Counted from the first letter of the whole stretch, positions 9,330 through 19,758 are shown. The stretch: DNA of 62,921 nt, filler included, from Candidatus Woesearchaeota archaeon CG1_02_57_44 (GCA_001871415.1; 5 parts of 5 records of this genome joined end to end with filler, not necessarily neighbours in it); one strand, 5' to 3'. The notes: generated by a model from the sequence alone, not told the origin. Program-made: numbers and translations.

Positions 9330-10385
9330 CTAAAGGGCATCCAGCACGTCATGCGCGTCCCTGTCCTGCAATGCTTCTGTGATGCGCGGCTGCAGCAACC
9401 GCAGACGCTCGGCCTCCCTCTGCGGATCCTCGATGCGCGCCAGACGGTTCGCTTCAATAAGACCGAAGGGATATCCGAGGAAGACCGGGTCTGTCGCGTT
9501 CTGCGCGAGGGAGATACAAAGGTCTGAAATCGGCAACGCTTCTGACAGACCCGCAAGAGTCTCCAACCGGAATATCCTCCTGCTCCTGTCGCTCAGACAC
9601 ACCAGGTGCATAGTGGCCTTGACGCCGGGGTACTGCAAGGACGCTGCGGGAACGTGCCAGGTAGCCTGCGGCGCCAATGAACGCGCGAGGGCAGATAGTG
9701 GCGCACCACTGTCGGTCAGCAGGCCTGAAGTCTTGGTCAGCGCTGCCGCGTTGGGCGGCAGGCCTATGGCGCGCTCCGGTGCGCTCTGCATCTGCAGGGT
9801 ACCGTCGCGGACAACGACATCGACAGGGGGTCCGCTTGCTGGCCCACTTGTTTTTGATCCTCCGTCGCGTGACGCGTCGGCTGCCGCCAGTTTGTGCATC
9901 ATAGTCAGCTCCGCCATGCGTCGCACCAGCTCACCTGTGCGGCCGATACGCGCCTTGAAAACACCGTCGGTAAGACATTGCTCGTCAGCGGCGATGCTGA
10001 ACGGACTGAGCAATCCTGTTCCAATGATGTCAACGTCCATCTTCTGTTGACCTGATTCGATGGATGCCAGGCAGTAGAATGATTCAGTCACGCGACCAAG
10101 GCATTCACGTCCCCTGAATATGGCTCCTGCCACCTGGATGCGTGAGAGGGAGAATATGCTGGAAGCCAGCAGCTCCGCGTTGCCGCCGTCGATGTAGGCG
10201 ACACTAGCAATTGGAGAGGAAAGGTCGCCCGCATCAAGCCGAGCACTGCTCGAGGGTATCGGCTGAAACGCCTCTGCGCTCAGGACCCATGGCTCATGGG
10301 GACGCTCCAGATACGCCTTGCCACCCAGCTCACGCGTGCGGGATGAGACGATGTCAGCGACGCGGGAGGCGATAGAGCGGTGCAT
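9330..10385 (-). CDS. nurA: NurA-family DNA double-strand-break repair nuclease
   Basis: AYIDGG, VVRDGTL, TKTS, FLGYPFGLIEANRLARIE; likely start ATG 10385. Confidence 0.85.
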   Translation of the reverse strand: MHRSIASRVADIVSSRTRELGGKAYLERPHEPWVLSAEAFQPIPSSSARLDAGDLSSPIASVAYIDGGNAELLASSIFSLSRIQVAGAIFRGRECLGRVTESFYCLASIESGQQKMDVDIIGTGLLSPFSIAADEQCLTDGVFKARIGRTGELVRRMAELTMMHKLAAADASRDGGSKTSGPASGPPVDVVVRDGTLQMQSAPERAIGLPPNAAALTKTSGLLTDSGAPLSALARSLAPQATWHVPAASLQYPGVKATMHLVCLSDRSRRIFRLETLAGLSEALPISDLCISLAQNATDPVFLGYPFGLIEANRLARIEDPQREAERLRLLQPRITEALQDRDAHDVLDAL

Positions 10386-10445
10386 AGAATGAGGGATAGT
10401 GCAGGCATTAATATGACTTCGCAAACAGCTCAGGGACAAGACTAT

Positions 10446-10790
10446 TCAGTGCCCGCCGATGAAGAAACTGCTCAATCCTTCGACAAACAAAAAACTTCCG
10501 GTGATTATCGGCAATGCGTTCACCACCTGCTCCGGCAAGGCCGCGCGCATGAAATACAGGAACGCCGGAAACATGAGGATAAGACAGACAATCCAGGCCA
10601 CTATCTTGAAGCTATCCTTGATGTGCGCGTCGATGATGTCACCCATCTGCACCAGGATAAGGCCTATAGAGGCCAGCAGCAGGACGGGCATGCCTGCAAG
10701 AGATTGCACATTGGTCACGCTGAAGGCATTGAGTAGCAGGATGATGCTTACTGGCAAAAAGACGAATCCGGCGATATGCCCGATTATCAT
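10446..10790 (-). CDS. Four-TM membrane protein
   Basis: Four hydrophobic segments in 114 aa. Confidence 0.7.
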   Translation of the reverse strand: MIIGHIAGFVFLPVSIILLLNAFSVTNVQSLAGMPVLLLASIGLILVQMGDIIDAHIKDSFKIVAWIVCLILMFPAFLYFMRAALPEQVVNALPIITGSFLFVEGLSSFFIGGH

Positions 10791-10811
10791 ACTGCCCTTT
10801 TGGCATACCAG

Positions 10812-11447
10812 TTATTTAAGCATTGTGGCCAAACAGACAGACAGCTGCGCCAGGGATGCTACGGACGCGTCAGGCCCGCTGTCCGCGAGCCCTGATGACA
10901 TATAAGACTCCTTCGCAATAGCCATCATGCCCGCGGCCTTCGCTGCCTGCACGTCCGTCACAAGGTCGCCTACATAGGCGCAATCGCAAGGAAGCATACC
11001 CATGCGTTTTGCGCACACCAGCAACACGTCCGGATGCGGTTTATGGCGTGTCACATCCTCGATGGTCGCGATGGCGGAGAAGAGATCCTTCAATCCTGAA
11101 TCACGCAGCACCGCGCTGATGACCTCATGCGAGTTCATGGACGCGATGCCCAACGCGAGCCCTGACTCTTTCAGACGACGCAACACTGCGCAGTCATCCT
11201 CGCTCACTCGCATGCCCTGCGATATCATGAAATCGATAAACATTCGCCTGAGTCGCCCCTGATTCTTTTCCCAGGGAATGCCCATGCGGTCATAGTGGAC
11301 ATCGAAGCTCTGGCGGGCCAGGTTCTTGTAGTCAGATTCAGGAAGGGGCGTGACGCCAAAATGCTCTGCGACATGATGCACGAACTTCATCTGCAATGGA
11401 CCGGATTCGACCAGGACACCATCAAAGTCGAAGATGAACGCACGCAT
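10812..11447 (-). CDS. HAD-superfamily hydrolase (phosphoglycolate phosphatase-like)
   Basis: FDFDGVL, KPHPD, YVGDLVTDVQAAKAAGM. Confidence 0.9.
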   Translation of the reverse strand: MRAFIFDFDGVLVESGPLQMKFVHHVAEHFGVTPLPESDYKNLARQSFDVHYDRMGIPWEKNQGRLRRMFIDFMISQGMRVSEDDCAVLRRLKESGLALGIASMNSHEVISAVLRDSGLKDLFSAIATIEDVTRHKPHPDVLLVCAKRMGMLPCDCAYVGDLVTDVQAAKAAGMMAIAKESYMSSGLADSGPDASVASLAQLSVCLATMLK

Positions 11448-11534
11448 ACCACCGGCGAAAGGATGCCGATACTAATAGGTTTGCCATGCCAACCAGCATG
11501 GCCGCATTGCACTATCACCGAAAAGCATATATAT

Positions 11535-11558
11535 CATTATGAATATATATTCATAATG
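11535..11558. promoter_or_regulatory. Perfect 24-bp palindrome, putative operator next to a TATA box
   Basis: CATTATGAATATATATTCATAATG immediately after AAAAGCATATATAT, upstream of the DUF5320-DUF134 genes. Confidence 0.7.
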
Positions 11559-11633
11559 TGCCTGCGCGGCACCTATGCACTAAGAGGAGAATCCTCATCA
11601 CAGCGTCTGCGCATGACACAAGGAGGAGACACC

Positions 11634-11762
11634 ATGCCAAACTTCGACGGAACCGGACCAGAGGGCGCAGGCCCAAAAACAGGAAGACAACGCGGAACGT
11701 GCGCTGACGCGACAGCACCTCAAAGACCACGACGCCGATGCATGCGCATGGGCCGGCTGTAA
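11634..11762 (+). CDS. DUF5320-like small protein
   Basis: MPNFDGTGPEGAGPKTGRQRGTC signature; AGGAGG RBS. Confidence 0.8.
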   Translation: MPNFDGTGPEGAGPKTGRQRGTCADATAPQRPRRRCMRMGRL

Positions 11763-12148
11763 TGCCGCGACCCTGCCGCCAACGGACCATCAGGTTCTCA
11801 CCGGACGCCGTCCTGTTCAAGCCAGCGGGCATCCCTGCCAGCGCACTAGCAACAGTCACCATCTCACTGGATGAGTTAGAAGGCCTTCGCCTGGTCAATC
11901 TTGAGAACATGACACAGGAGCAGGCCGCCACGGCCATGGACATCTCCCAGCCGACACTGCACCGCATACTCGCCTCAGCGCGCAGGAAGATCACTGATGC
12001 GCTCGTCAATGGAAAAGCTATGAGCATCCAGGGAGGGATGACCACGTTGACGGAATGCGGGCCGAAAGGAGCGGGTCTCCGACGGCAGGGAAGACATCAG
12101 GGCCGCCGTAATGGGCGCATCAACAGTCGCAGCAACCCAGAGCGATGA
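11762..12148 (+). CDS. DUF134-family DNA-binding protein
   Basis: MPRP..R, FKPAG, LDELEGLRL, QEQAATAMDISQPTLHRILASARRKITDALVNGK; TAATG coupling to previous gene. Confidence 0.9.
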   Translation: MPRPCRQRTIRFSPDAVLFKPAGIPASALATVTISLDELEGLRLVNLENMTQEQAATAMDISQPTLHRILASARRKITDALVNGKAMSIQGGMTTLTECGPKGAGLRRQGRHQGRRNGRINSRSNPER

Positions 12149-12152
12149 TATC

Positions 12153-13319
12153 ATGGACAGATCGCCCCGCGCCACGCTCGCCGCACCTCACGGCGATACG
12201 CTGTCATCACGCGCGTCCTGGCTCATCATACTCATCCTCGCGTCCGCGCCACTCCTGTCCACCGCCCCCGTCGCCCATGCAGAACCTTCACCCGTCCCGT
12301 GCGCGTATTTCTTCTATGGACAAGGCTGCCCGCATTGCGCCAATGTCGAACCAAAGCTCCATGACCTCGTAAGCACCGGCCAGGCAGATATCCACTGGAT
12401 GGAAGTCTACCAGAACCGCACGAACGCGCTGCTCCTGAACACCTTGCTTGAGACCTATCAGGTACCTGCGTCAGCCCGCGGCGTCCCCATCGTCTTTGTC
12501 GGTGACTCCTACCTCTCAGGGGATCGCGCCATCCTATCTGGCATCGAATCCGCGCTGGCCAGCACCGCGGGTTGCCCCGCGTTCGCTGCTGACCCGCCGA
12601 TGCAAGCGCCGCAGAACGCGCAAACGACCCTCACGCTCTCCAGGATGTCCCTGGCGACAGTCATCGGCGCCGCTATCGTCGATTCCATCAACCCCTGCGC
12701 CATCGCGGTGCTGCTCATCCTGCTGGGCGCGCTCCTCGCGGCAGGCGACCGACGCAAGGCCACCCAAGCAGGCATCGCCTTCACCCTCTCTATCTACATC
12801 GCCTATTTCCTCTTTGGCCTGAGCCTGCTCTCCGCCATCCGCATCAGCGGTCTCGCCCTATGGTTCCATCAGACCATCGGCATCCTCGCCATCATCATCG
12901 GGCTGGCCAACATAAAAGACTATGTCTGGTATGGCGGCGGTGGATTCGTCATCGAGATACCACGCCGGTGGCGCCCCCTGCTCAAGAAGATGCTCGGCAG
13001 CGTCACCAGTCCGCTGGGCGCGTTCGCCATGGGATTCTTGGTCTGCCTCTTCGAGCTGCCCTGCACTGGCGGCCCGTATATCTTCATCCTCGGATTGCTC
13101 GCGCAGGACGCGACACGAGCAGCAGCAATCCCCATCCTGCTGCTCTACAATGTGTTCTTCGTCTTGCCTTTGGTGCTCATCACCGCGCTCATCCATCTTG
13201 GCTACACGAATGTGGAGCAGGCATCGGAATGGAAAGAACGCAATATCCGCATACTGCACCTTGTCGGAGGCCTCATCATGCTCGCTCTTGGCATCATTGT
13301 GCTGACCGGTCTGGCATAG
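12153..13319 (+). CDS. Thioredoxin-like domain fused to CcdA/DsbD-type transmembrane electron transporter
   Basis: Signal-like segment, [12 protein letters not shown] cis-Pro motif, DSINPCA and ELPCTGGPY in a multi-TM domain. Confidence 0.85.
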   Translation: MDRSPRATLAAPHGDTLSSRASWLIILILASAPLLSTAPVAHAEPSPVPCAYFFYGQGCPHCANVEPKLHDLVSTGQADIHWMEVYQNRTNALLLNTLLETYQVPASARGVPIVFVGDSYLSGDRAILSGIESALASTAGCPAFAADPPMQAPQNAQTTLTLSRMSLATVIGAAIVDSINPCAIAVLLILLGALLAAGDRRKATQAGIAFTLSIYIAYFLFGLSLLSAIRISGLALWFHQTIGILAIIIGLANIKDYVWYGGGGFVIEIPRRWRPLLKKMLGSVTSPLGAFAMGFLVCLFELPCTGGPYIFILGLLAQDATRAAAIPILLLYNVFFVLPLVLITALIHLGYTNVEQASEWKERNIRILHLVGGLIMLALGIIVLTGLA

Positions 13320-13383
13320 ACCAGAAAACGGGACAGGAAACGCGGGAGAAAACATATATACGTCGCCTCCCACCGCATGCATC

Positions 13384-13911
13384 ATGCCCCTTATCGTCGA
13401 TTTCCTCGCCACGCTGACACTGCTGGCGCACATCGGCATGGCGACGCTCGCGCTACTCGTTCTCTTCCTGAGGCCGTGGGGCAGACGCGCGCTGACCTGG
13501 CTGCGCGGGATCGTACATGCCAGGACCGCCGCGCTCGTGGTCGCCTGGAGCGGAACGCTCGGCAGCCTCTACCTATCCGAGGTCCTCGCGTGGGCGCCCT
13601 GCAAGCTGTGCTGGCTGCAGCGCACCATGCTCTACCCGCAGGCACTCCTGCTCACCTTCATGCGCAAGGATGACAGGATGTCATGACTCGTGCCGCTCAA
13701 TGTGGTCGGCGCCGCGGTAGCAGCACTGCAGGTCGCTGAGCAACGGGGCAGCATCGCCGCTTGCGGGGATGCCTCCTGCGCTGTGCTCTATTCCCTGCAC
13801 TATGGCTACATCAGCGTGCCGGTGATGGCGCTGACCGCGTTCGTGATGATGGGGCTGCTGCTCTGGGAGCATAACACCTCCACGACACGGTCATGGAAGG
13901 CACGTGCCTAG
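13384..13911 (+). pseudogene. dsbB: DsbB/BdbC-type disulfide formation protein interrupted by an in-frame TGA (13684-13686)
   Basis: [16 protein letters not shown]...YP before the stop; same frame continues LVPLNVVG...CGDASC...YGYISVPVMALTAF. Confidence 0.75.
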
Positions 13912-13946
13912 AAGGCACAGGCATAGAAGGCACAGGCATAGAAGGC
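13908..13946 (+). repeat. Short tandem repeat TAGAAGGCACAGGCA x ~2.6
   Basis: Read directly; starts at the stop codon of the DsbB-like gene. Confidence 0.8.
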
Positions 13947-14065
13947 GCTCATCTCCTTTGCGAGCATCCCTGACAACCCTGCCATAGTTACTGACCACAT
14001 TATATAAAGCCACCAAATCTTTTATATAGGCCGCCAAACCCGCCTCCTGCAAGGCCGATACACCC

Positions 14066-16213
14066 ATGACAGAACTCATCATCTCCGAGAAGCCCCAGAG
14101 CGCGCAGAAGATAGCCGCAGCGCTCGCTGACAGCAAGCCCATCCAGAAGAAGGACGGCAAAGTGTCGTACTGGCTCATCACGCATAAGGACAAGGATATC
14201 GTCGTGGCTTCCACGGTCGGGCACATCTTTGGCCTTGACGAGACCAAGAAGGGCAAGTGGACGTACCCTGTCTGGGACATCTCCTGGAAGCCTAACCATC
14301 TGGTGGAGAAGGGCAGCGCGTACAGCAAGAAATACCTTGATGTCATCAAGAAGCTGGCCAAGGACGCCAAGAGCTTCACGGTAGCGACAGACTACGATGT
14401 CGAAGGCAGCGTCATCGGCTATAATGTCATACGCTACGCGTGCGGCAAGAAAGATGCCAAGCGCATGAAGTTCTCCACGCTCACCAAGAATGAGCTCATC
14501 GACGCGTACGAGCAGGCGAGCCCGCACCTGGACCTTGACCAGGCCATCGCCGGCGAGACACGGCATTACCTTGACTACTACTATGGCATCAACCTCTCCC
14601 GCGCGCTCACCCACGCGGTCAAAGCAGCAGGAGCCTGGCACGTGCTCAGCAGCGGAAGAGTGCAAGGCCCCGCGCTCAAGATCATCGTCGAGCGGGAGCG
14701 CGAGATCTCCGCGTTCATCCCGGAGCCGTACTGGGAGATAACTGCCACGGCCGAGAAGGAGAAGATGCAGTTCATCGCCACGCATGAGATCGGCAAGTGC
14801 TTTGACAAGAAGAAGGCAGAGGACATATTCTCCAAGGTCAAGGGCGCCACGAAAGGCACGGTCAGCTCGGTGGAGCGCAAGGAGTTCTCGCAGGCGCCGC
14901 CCGTACCCTTCGACCTCACCACGCTGCAGACCGAAGCGTACAGGCACTTTCGCATCAAGCCCAAGGACACGCTCGCCATCGCCCAGGACCTCTACACAGC
15001 AGGAACCATCAGCTACCCGCGCACGAGCAGCCAGCAGCTGCCTCCGCAGATAGGATACGCGCGCATAATGAACGAGCTGAGCGGACAGGAGGCGTATGAG
15101 AAGCTCTGCGCTGAGCTGCTCAGGCAATCGAAAGGAGCAGACGCTGGAGCAGGAGCAAAAGCAGCGGGAGCAAAAGCAGGCACGGGCGGCAAACCCGGCG
15201 ACACACTGTCACCAAACAACGGCAAGAAGACAGACCCTGCGCATCCCGCCATCTATCCAACAGGAGAGCATCCCGGCGGGCTCAAGGAGCGGCCGGCGAA
15301 AGTGTATGATCTCATCGTCAGGAGGTTCCTTGCGACGTTCGCTCCCGCGGCGGTACGGGCGACCATGACTATCGTTCTCGCCATCAACGAGGAACCCTTC
15401 AAGGCGTCAGGCACGACCACAGTCTCTCCTGGGTGGCATACCTACTACGGCCCATACGCCAAGTACAAGGAAGAGGAATTGCCGGTCCTCACGGAGAAGG
15501 AATCCGTCGCATTGCTCGATGTCACCAAGCACGACAAGCAGACCGAGCCACCCAAACGGTATACACCCGCGAGCATCGTGCGCGAGCTGGAAAAACGCAA
15601 CCTTGGCACCAAGGCGACACGAGCGAGCATCGTCGACACGCTGTTCTCACGCAATTATGTCTTTGGTGACTCCATACAGGCAACTGAGCTGGGCATGGCA
15701 ACAGTCGCCGCGCTCGAGAAGCACTGCCCGCGTATCCTCGACGAGGAGCTCACCAAGACGTTTGAGGGCCGCATGGAGGATATCAGGGAGCACAAGACCA
15801 CGCAGGACGAAGTGCTCAGCCACGCAAAGGAGGTCCTTGGAAAGATACTCGAGGAATTCAAGAAGAAAGAAGCCACCATCGGCGCGGACCTGAAGGACGC
15901 GACGCGCGCGACGCGCGACGAGATGAACACAGTCGGGCCGTGCCCGAACTGCGGCGCGAACCTTCGCATCATTGTCATGAAAGCCCGCGGTACGCGATTT
16001 GTCGGATGCGGCGGATATCCTGACTGCAGGACGACGTATCCACTTCCGCGTATGGGCCTTATCAAACCGACAGGCAAGCCCTGCAAGACCTGCAGTTCAC
16101 CTATTGTCACGGTGATACGCAAGGGAAAACGTCCATGGAGTCTGTGCCTGAACCCGATGTGTCCAGAAAAGGAAGCATGGCAGAATAAAAATGAAACCAA
16201 GAAAGAAGAGTGA
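14066..16213 (+). CDS. topA: DNA topoisomerase I (type IA) with C-terminal Zn ribbons
   Basis: IISEKP, ATDYDVEG, SSGRVQGP, ISYPRT (catalytic Tyr), AHPAIYPT, LGTKATR, CPNC/CGGYPDC; TTTATATA at ~14021. Confidence 0.97.
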   Translation: MTELIISEKPQSAQKIAAALADSKPIQKKDGKVSYWLITHKDKDIVVASTVGHIFGLDETKKGKWTYPVWDISWKPNHLVEKGSAYSKKYLDVIKKLAKDAKSFTVATDYDVEGSVIGYNVIRYACGKKDAKRMKFSTLTKNELIDAYEQASPHLDLDQAIAGETRHYLDYYYGINLSRALTHAVKAAGAWHVLSSGRVQGPALKIIVEREREISAFIPEPYWEITATAEKEKMQFIATHEIGKCFDKKKAEDIFSKVKGATKGTVSSVERKEFSQAPPVPFDLTTLQTEAYRHFRIKPKDTLAIAQDLYTAGTISYPRTSSQQLPPQIGYARIMNELSGQEAYEKLCAELLRQSKGADAGAGAKAAGAKAGTGGKPGDTLSPNNGKKTDPAHPAIYPTGEHPGGLKERPAKVYDLIVRRFLATFAPAAVRATMTIVLAINEEPFKASGTTTVSPGWHTYYGPYAKYKEEELPVLTEKESVALLDVTKHDKQTEPPKRYTPASIVRELEKRNLGTKATRASIVDTLFSRNYVFGDSIQATELGMATVAALEKHCPRILDEELTKTFEGRMEDIREHKTTQDEVLSHAKEVLGKILEEFKKKEATIGADLKDATRATRDEMNTVGPCPNCGANLRIIVMKARGTRFVGCGGYPDCRTTYPLPRMGLIKPTGKPCKTCSSPIVTVIRKGKRPWSLCLNPMCPEKEAWQNKNETKKEE

Positions 16214-18191
16214 CCCCGTGGTCAGCGCGTGGTTCTTTCTGGCACTCATCCCTTTGTCCTTTCTCTCACTGCTGCCTGCCGCGCACGCCGGTAGCATGAC
16301 CTTGCTCGCGGTCAGCGAGACCGCCAACGGCATGGTCGGCAGCGTCGCTGATTTGTCCATGGACATGGAAGCCGGCAAAGGCCGCGTATTCATGGAGACG
16401 TACCCTGTCGCCAAGTTCGACACGCAGCTCTCCACGCGCATCGCGGCGCAGATAGCATGCAGCTACCTGCACGAGGACTGCAGCACCAAGGATTTCTTCT
16501 ACACCATCAACGCGCATTCATCCATCATCGGCGGCCCCTCAGCAGGAGCCGCTGTCGCTGTGCTGACTGTCGCGGAGATAGCAGGAGTCCCCATCGACCA
16601 GAGGACAGCCATCACCGGAACCATCAACAGCGGCGGGCTCATAGGGCCTGTCGGCGGCATCAAGGAAAAGATAGAGGCCGCGAAAAGCGCTGGCATGACC
16701 CGCGTGCTCATCCCTCGGGGAGAAGCGATGCGCGAGATACCTGAGCAGATAGCGGTCCTGGTCAACGAGACCAATGCCACTGCTGTCGACAACGCGACAA
16801 GCATCCTGCCGAAAGATATACCCACACTCAATGAGACCCTTGATCTGGTCGCGTATGGCAAACAGCTTGGCCTGGAGGTCATCGAAGTCGGCACGTTGGA
16901 CGAAGCAGTCCAGCTGTTCACCGGCAAGCAGCTTCGGGCACCTCCCGCCCCACTCGTCATCGATCCTGCCTACACAAACATCATGCGCTATCTCGCGGTG
17001 CAGCTGTGCAACCGAAGCCAACAGCTCTCCCGCGAAGTCGACCAGCCAGAGGAGCGCGCTATCAACCTGACAACCAAAGGCGTCGACGCGTTCTATGCTG
17101 GCAGGTTCTATACGGCGGCAAGCTACTGTTACGGCAGCAATGTGGTCATGCGCCAGCAACTGCTACGACAGGCGGCTGGCATCGCTATGGACGCACCTGC
17201 CGGAGACGAGACATCTAATGAGACAGAAGCGACATCAGCTGGCAGCCGCTATGATAACAATAGCTTCCTGCAGGGCTTTCAGCAGAGCATCATCACCAAC
17301 ATCAGCGCCATGCAGCAGCTAGTTGACTCGCGAGACCTCAATACCATGCTCGATCTGCAGGCCACGATTGTCGTGAAAGAACGCCTGATCGAAGCGGATT
17401 ATTTCGCTCATCTGAATACTGACCCCGATAATCTCGGCCTCGCGGCTGAACGCCTGGAGAGCGCTCGCAGCTGGGACACGTTCTTTGGCAAAGGACAAAA
17501 ACAGCTCACGCTGGACGCCACGTCATTGTCGGGCGCATGCATCGCCCGGCTCGCCGAGGCAGAGGAACGGCTGCAGTATGTCGCGTTGTTTTATCCGCTC
17601 GCTCTTGATGACGCGCGCCGCGATCTGGACAGGGCGTATACTGAATCGCGCGCAGGCGCCAGAAGCCATATTACTCCCGAAGCAGATGATGCGTCCAATG
17701 CCTCAGGATCCACTGCCCAGCTCGCCTCGACAAGCGCAGCCAACAGCACGTTGTGCATCTTCCACGCCAGCAAGGCAAAAGCACAGGCCGATGTCATCCT
17801 GGGCGTGCTCGGCGCTGATGAGCAGCAGGTGCAGCGCATCCTGGCAGAGAAACTCTCGCTCGCCCGCGACGCGGTCGCGCAGCAGGGCGCTCAGGGCGCA
17901 TTCCCCGTGCTTGGATATTCGTACTATGAATACGCGAGTGATCTTGCTGATGAAGACCAGTATCTGGCACTGCTCTACGCGGAATACGCGCTGGAGCTGT
18001 CTGGATTGCAGGAATATCTGCCGCACGAGCCGGCGGCCCATCTGCATCACATCGACCTGAGAACCTATCTTCCGCTCGGCTTCGCCTTCCTGCTGGGCGC
18101 GGCAGCGACTCTGCTATACGTGCAGCTATCAGAGGATTTCAAACCCGGCCGGCCCAGGCGCGAGCCCAGACCAGCCGGGAAAAAGAGGTGA
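16191..18191 (+). CDS. Exported membrane-anchored Lon-like S16 serine protease (no ATPase domain)
   Basis: Signal peptide, GGPSAG, TGTINSGGLIGPVGGIKEKI (Ser-Lys dyad), C-terminal TM; true start may be GTG 16218. Confidence 0.88.
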   Translation: MKPRKKSDPVVSAWFFLALIPLSFLSLLPAAHAGSMTLLAVSETANGMVGSVADLSMDMEAGKGRVFMETYPVAKFDTQLSTRIAAQIACSYLHEDCSTKDFFYTINAHSSIIGGPSAGAAVAVLTVAEIAGVPIDQRTAITGTINSGGLIGPVGGIKEKIEAAKSAGMTRVLIPRGEAMREIPEQIAVLVNETNATAVDNATSILPKDIPTLNETLDLVAYGKQLGLEVIEVGTLDEAVQLFTGKQLRAPPAPLVIDPAYTNIMRYLAVQLCNRSQQLSREVDQPEERAINLTTKGVDAFYAGRFYTAASYCYGSNVVMRQQLLRQAAGIAMDAPAGDETSNETEATSAGSRYDNNSFLQGFQQSIITNISAMQQLVDSRDLNTMLDLQATIVVKERLIEADYFAHLNTDPDNLGLAAERLESARSWDTFFGKGQKQLTLDATSLSGACIARLAEAEERLQYVALFYPLALDDARRDLDRAYTESRAGARSHITPEADDASNASGSTAQLASTSAANSTLCIFHASKAKAQADVILGVLGADEQQVQRILAEKLSLARDAVAQQGAQGAFPVLGYSYYEYASDLADEDQYLALLYAEYALELSGLQEYLPHEPAAHLHHIDLRTYLPLGFAFLLGAAATLLYVQLSEDFKPGRPRREPRPAGKKR

Positions 18192-18260
18192 ATAAGCGGG
18201 AGGGGAAAACAAGTATATATAATTTTCTCTTTTGATAGTATTTCCGAGTGGTAACAAAAA

Positions 18261-18755
18261 ATGTCCGATTTATCATCGCCAAGGAATAAGAAGCAGGAGC
18301 AGCTGAAGTTGCAGCAGACACTCCTGCGACGCGTCAAGCGGCGCAATCGTCAGCACGGCTGGGTGAAACCATTGGACACCGTACGCCTGTTACCTGGAGG
18401 CATCGCACGCCCCATTGTGCGGCAGATGCTCAGCTTGCTGGCAGCGGAGCTGCGCCTGCAGGTCGTTGACGATGCTGCAGAAGCACAAACAGCAACTGCT
18501 ACGCACAGCAAAAAACCCCATGAGGTTTCGCTGCTCCCTTGGATAGCCGAAGACCTCATCGACGCGTTCGTGCAACAGAAGTCGGTTCCCGCTGGCGTCT
18601 TGCTGTTCACCTGCGTGAGCGCGAATGAAGCAATCAGACTGCAAGAGGAAGAAATCATCGTCCCTGAGCCAGTCAGAACGTTCCTGCTATCTTACCCTCA
18701 GCTGGCGCATTCTTTTGCTGCTGGCATTGACGGGATGCGCGCATATCGGCGCTGA
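18261..18755 (+). CDS. Hypothetical protein, possibly a degenerate PP-loop (TtuA/Ncs6-like) fold
   Basis: RRVKRRNR...LLPWIAEDLIDAF...LLFTCVSANEA pattern; TATATA upstream. Confidence 0.5.
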   Translation: MSDLSSPRNKKQEQLKLQQTLLRRVKRRNRQHGWVKPLDTVRLLPGGIARPIVRQMLSLLAAELRLQVVDDAAEAQTATATHSKKPHEVSLLPWIAEDLIDAFVQQKSVPAGVLLFTCVSANEAIRLQEEEIIVPEPVRTFLLSYPQLAHSFAAGIDGMRAYRR

Positions 18756-19758
18756 ACCCGCGCATGCAGTTCAGACGCGAATCCCACAGGACAGTCATGA
18801 CAACACCGGGCCGTCGCTGGCCGCGCACTTCTGTCCGCCGGAAGACTGTGGCGCGATACTATCGTCGCTGATAGCGGATGCGACCACGGCGGACTGCGCG
18901 CTGTACGATGTCAGCGACGAGCGGGTGCTCGACGCACTGTCCACCGTCGATGCGCGAATCGTCACCCATCAGCCGAACGCCTGGAAGCTCTCGTCACTGT
19001 CACCGCTGCACGTCCGATACGCCGCAGCAGGGAGGAACGGGCTGATGCACAACAAGTTCTGCGTGCTGCAGGAGGCAGACGGGACAGGAACGCTGGTGAC
19101 CGGCAGCTTCAACCCCACAGGCAGCGATAGCATCAATGATCTGGTTGTGATTTCGGACATCGCTCTGCCACAGCCTACGCGAAGCAGTGCGTACCTGTTG
19201 ACTGACGCATTCACGTTTGGCCGCAAGCGCTTCGCGTTGGACGCGCAGCGTGCGTACACAACATATGCCACGGAATTCGACGAGCTTTGGCAAAGCACCT
19301 ACCGTGGCGGCCCTACCGGAGCGTATGAGGGGACGTCGCTGTCAGCCCGATTCTGCCCAGACGACGACTGCCAGGGCGCGCTGCTCACCGAGATAGCGCT
19401 TGCGCGTCGCAGCGTGCACTTCTTCCTGTACGTGCTCAGCGACGACATGATAGCACTAGCGCTCGCTGACGCATCGCATCGGGGCGTCGCTGTCAGCGGC
19501 GTGGTGGACGATTCCCTGGACCGCTATGACGCGACAGCCCTGCTCCGACAGGCAGGCATCACGGTACTGGAGCATCATGGCGCACTGCTGCACCACAAGG
19601 CCTGGGTAATAGATGAGGAGACGGTCATAACCGGAAGCTACAATCCCACAGCCAACGGCAATACGGCCAATGATGAGAACATGCTCATCATCAGGGATAG
19701 GCGGATAGCGGCGCAGTATGACACGCGGTGGAGGGAGCTGATGAGCAGCCAGACGTGA
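18625..19758 (+). CDS. Phospholipase D-family protein with two HKD-type motifs and a lipobox
   Basis: LMHNKFCVL..TGSFNPT and LLHHKAWVIDE..TGSYNPT..NDEN; LLALTGC lipobox; start uncertain. Confidence 0.85.
   Translation: MKQSDCKRKKSSSLSQSERSCYLTLSWRILLLLALTGCAHIGAEPAHAVQTRIPQDSHDNTGPSLAAHFCPPEDCGAILSSLIADATTADCALYDVSDERVLDALSTVDARIVTHQPNAWKLSSLSPLHVRYAAAGRNGLMHNKFCVLQEADGTGTLVTGSFNPTGSDSINDLVVISDIALPQPTRSSAYLLTDAFTFGRKRFALDAQRAYTTYATEFDELWQSTYRGGPTGAYEGTSLSARFCPDDDCQGALLTEIALARRSVHFFLYVLSDDMIALALADASHRGVAVSGVVDDSLDRYDATALLRQAGITVLEHHGALLHHKAWVIDEETVITGSYNPTANGNTANDENMLIIRDRRIAAQYDTRWRELMSSQT

Noticed and set aside
9254..9330. herA downstream of nurA
   Set aside because: Only ~76 nt remain before the contig end and nothing HerA-like is recognisable
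13684..13686. Selenocysteine or genetic-code reassignment
   Set aside because: The TGA is not at a catalytic Cys position, and TGA terminates many genes here (hom, topA, rps3Ae)
14000..15127. Long antisense ORFs (also 28091-29308, 38439-39467, 40057-41055, 47970-49082)
   Set aside because: Shadows of GC-rich codon usage opposite well-supported genes; no motifs
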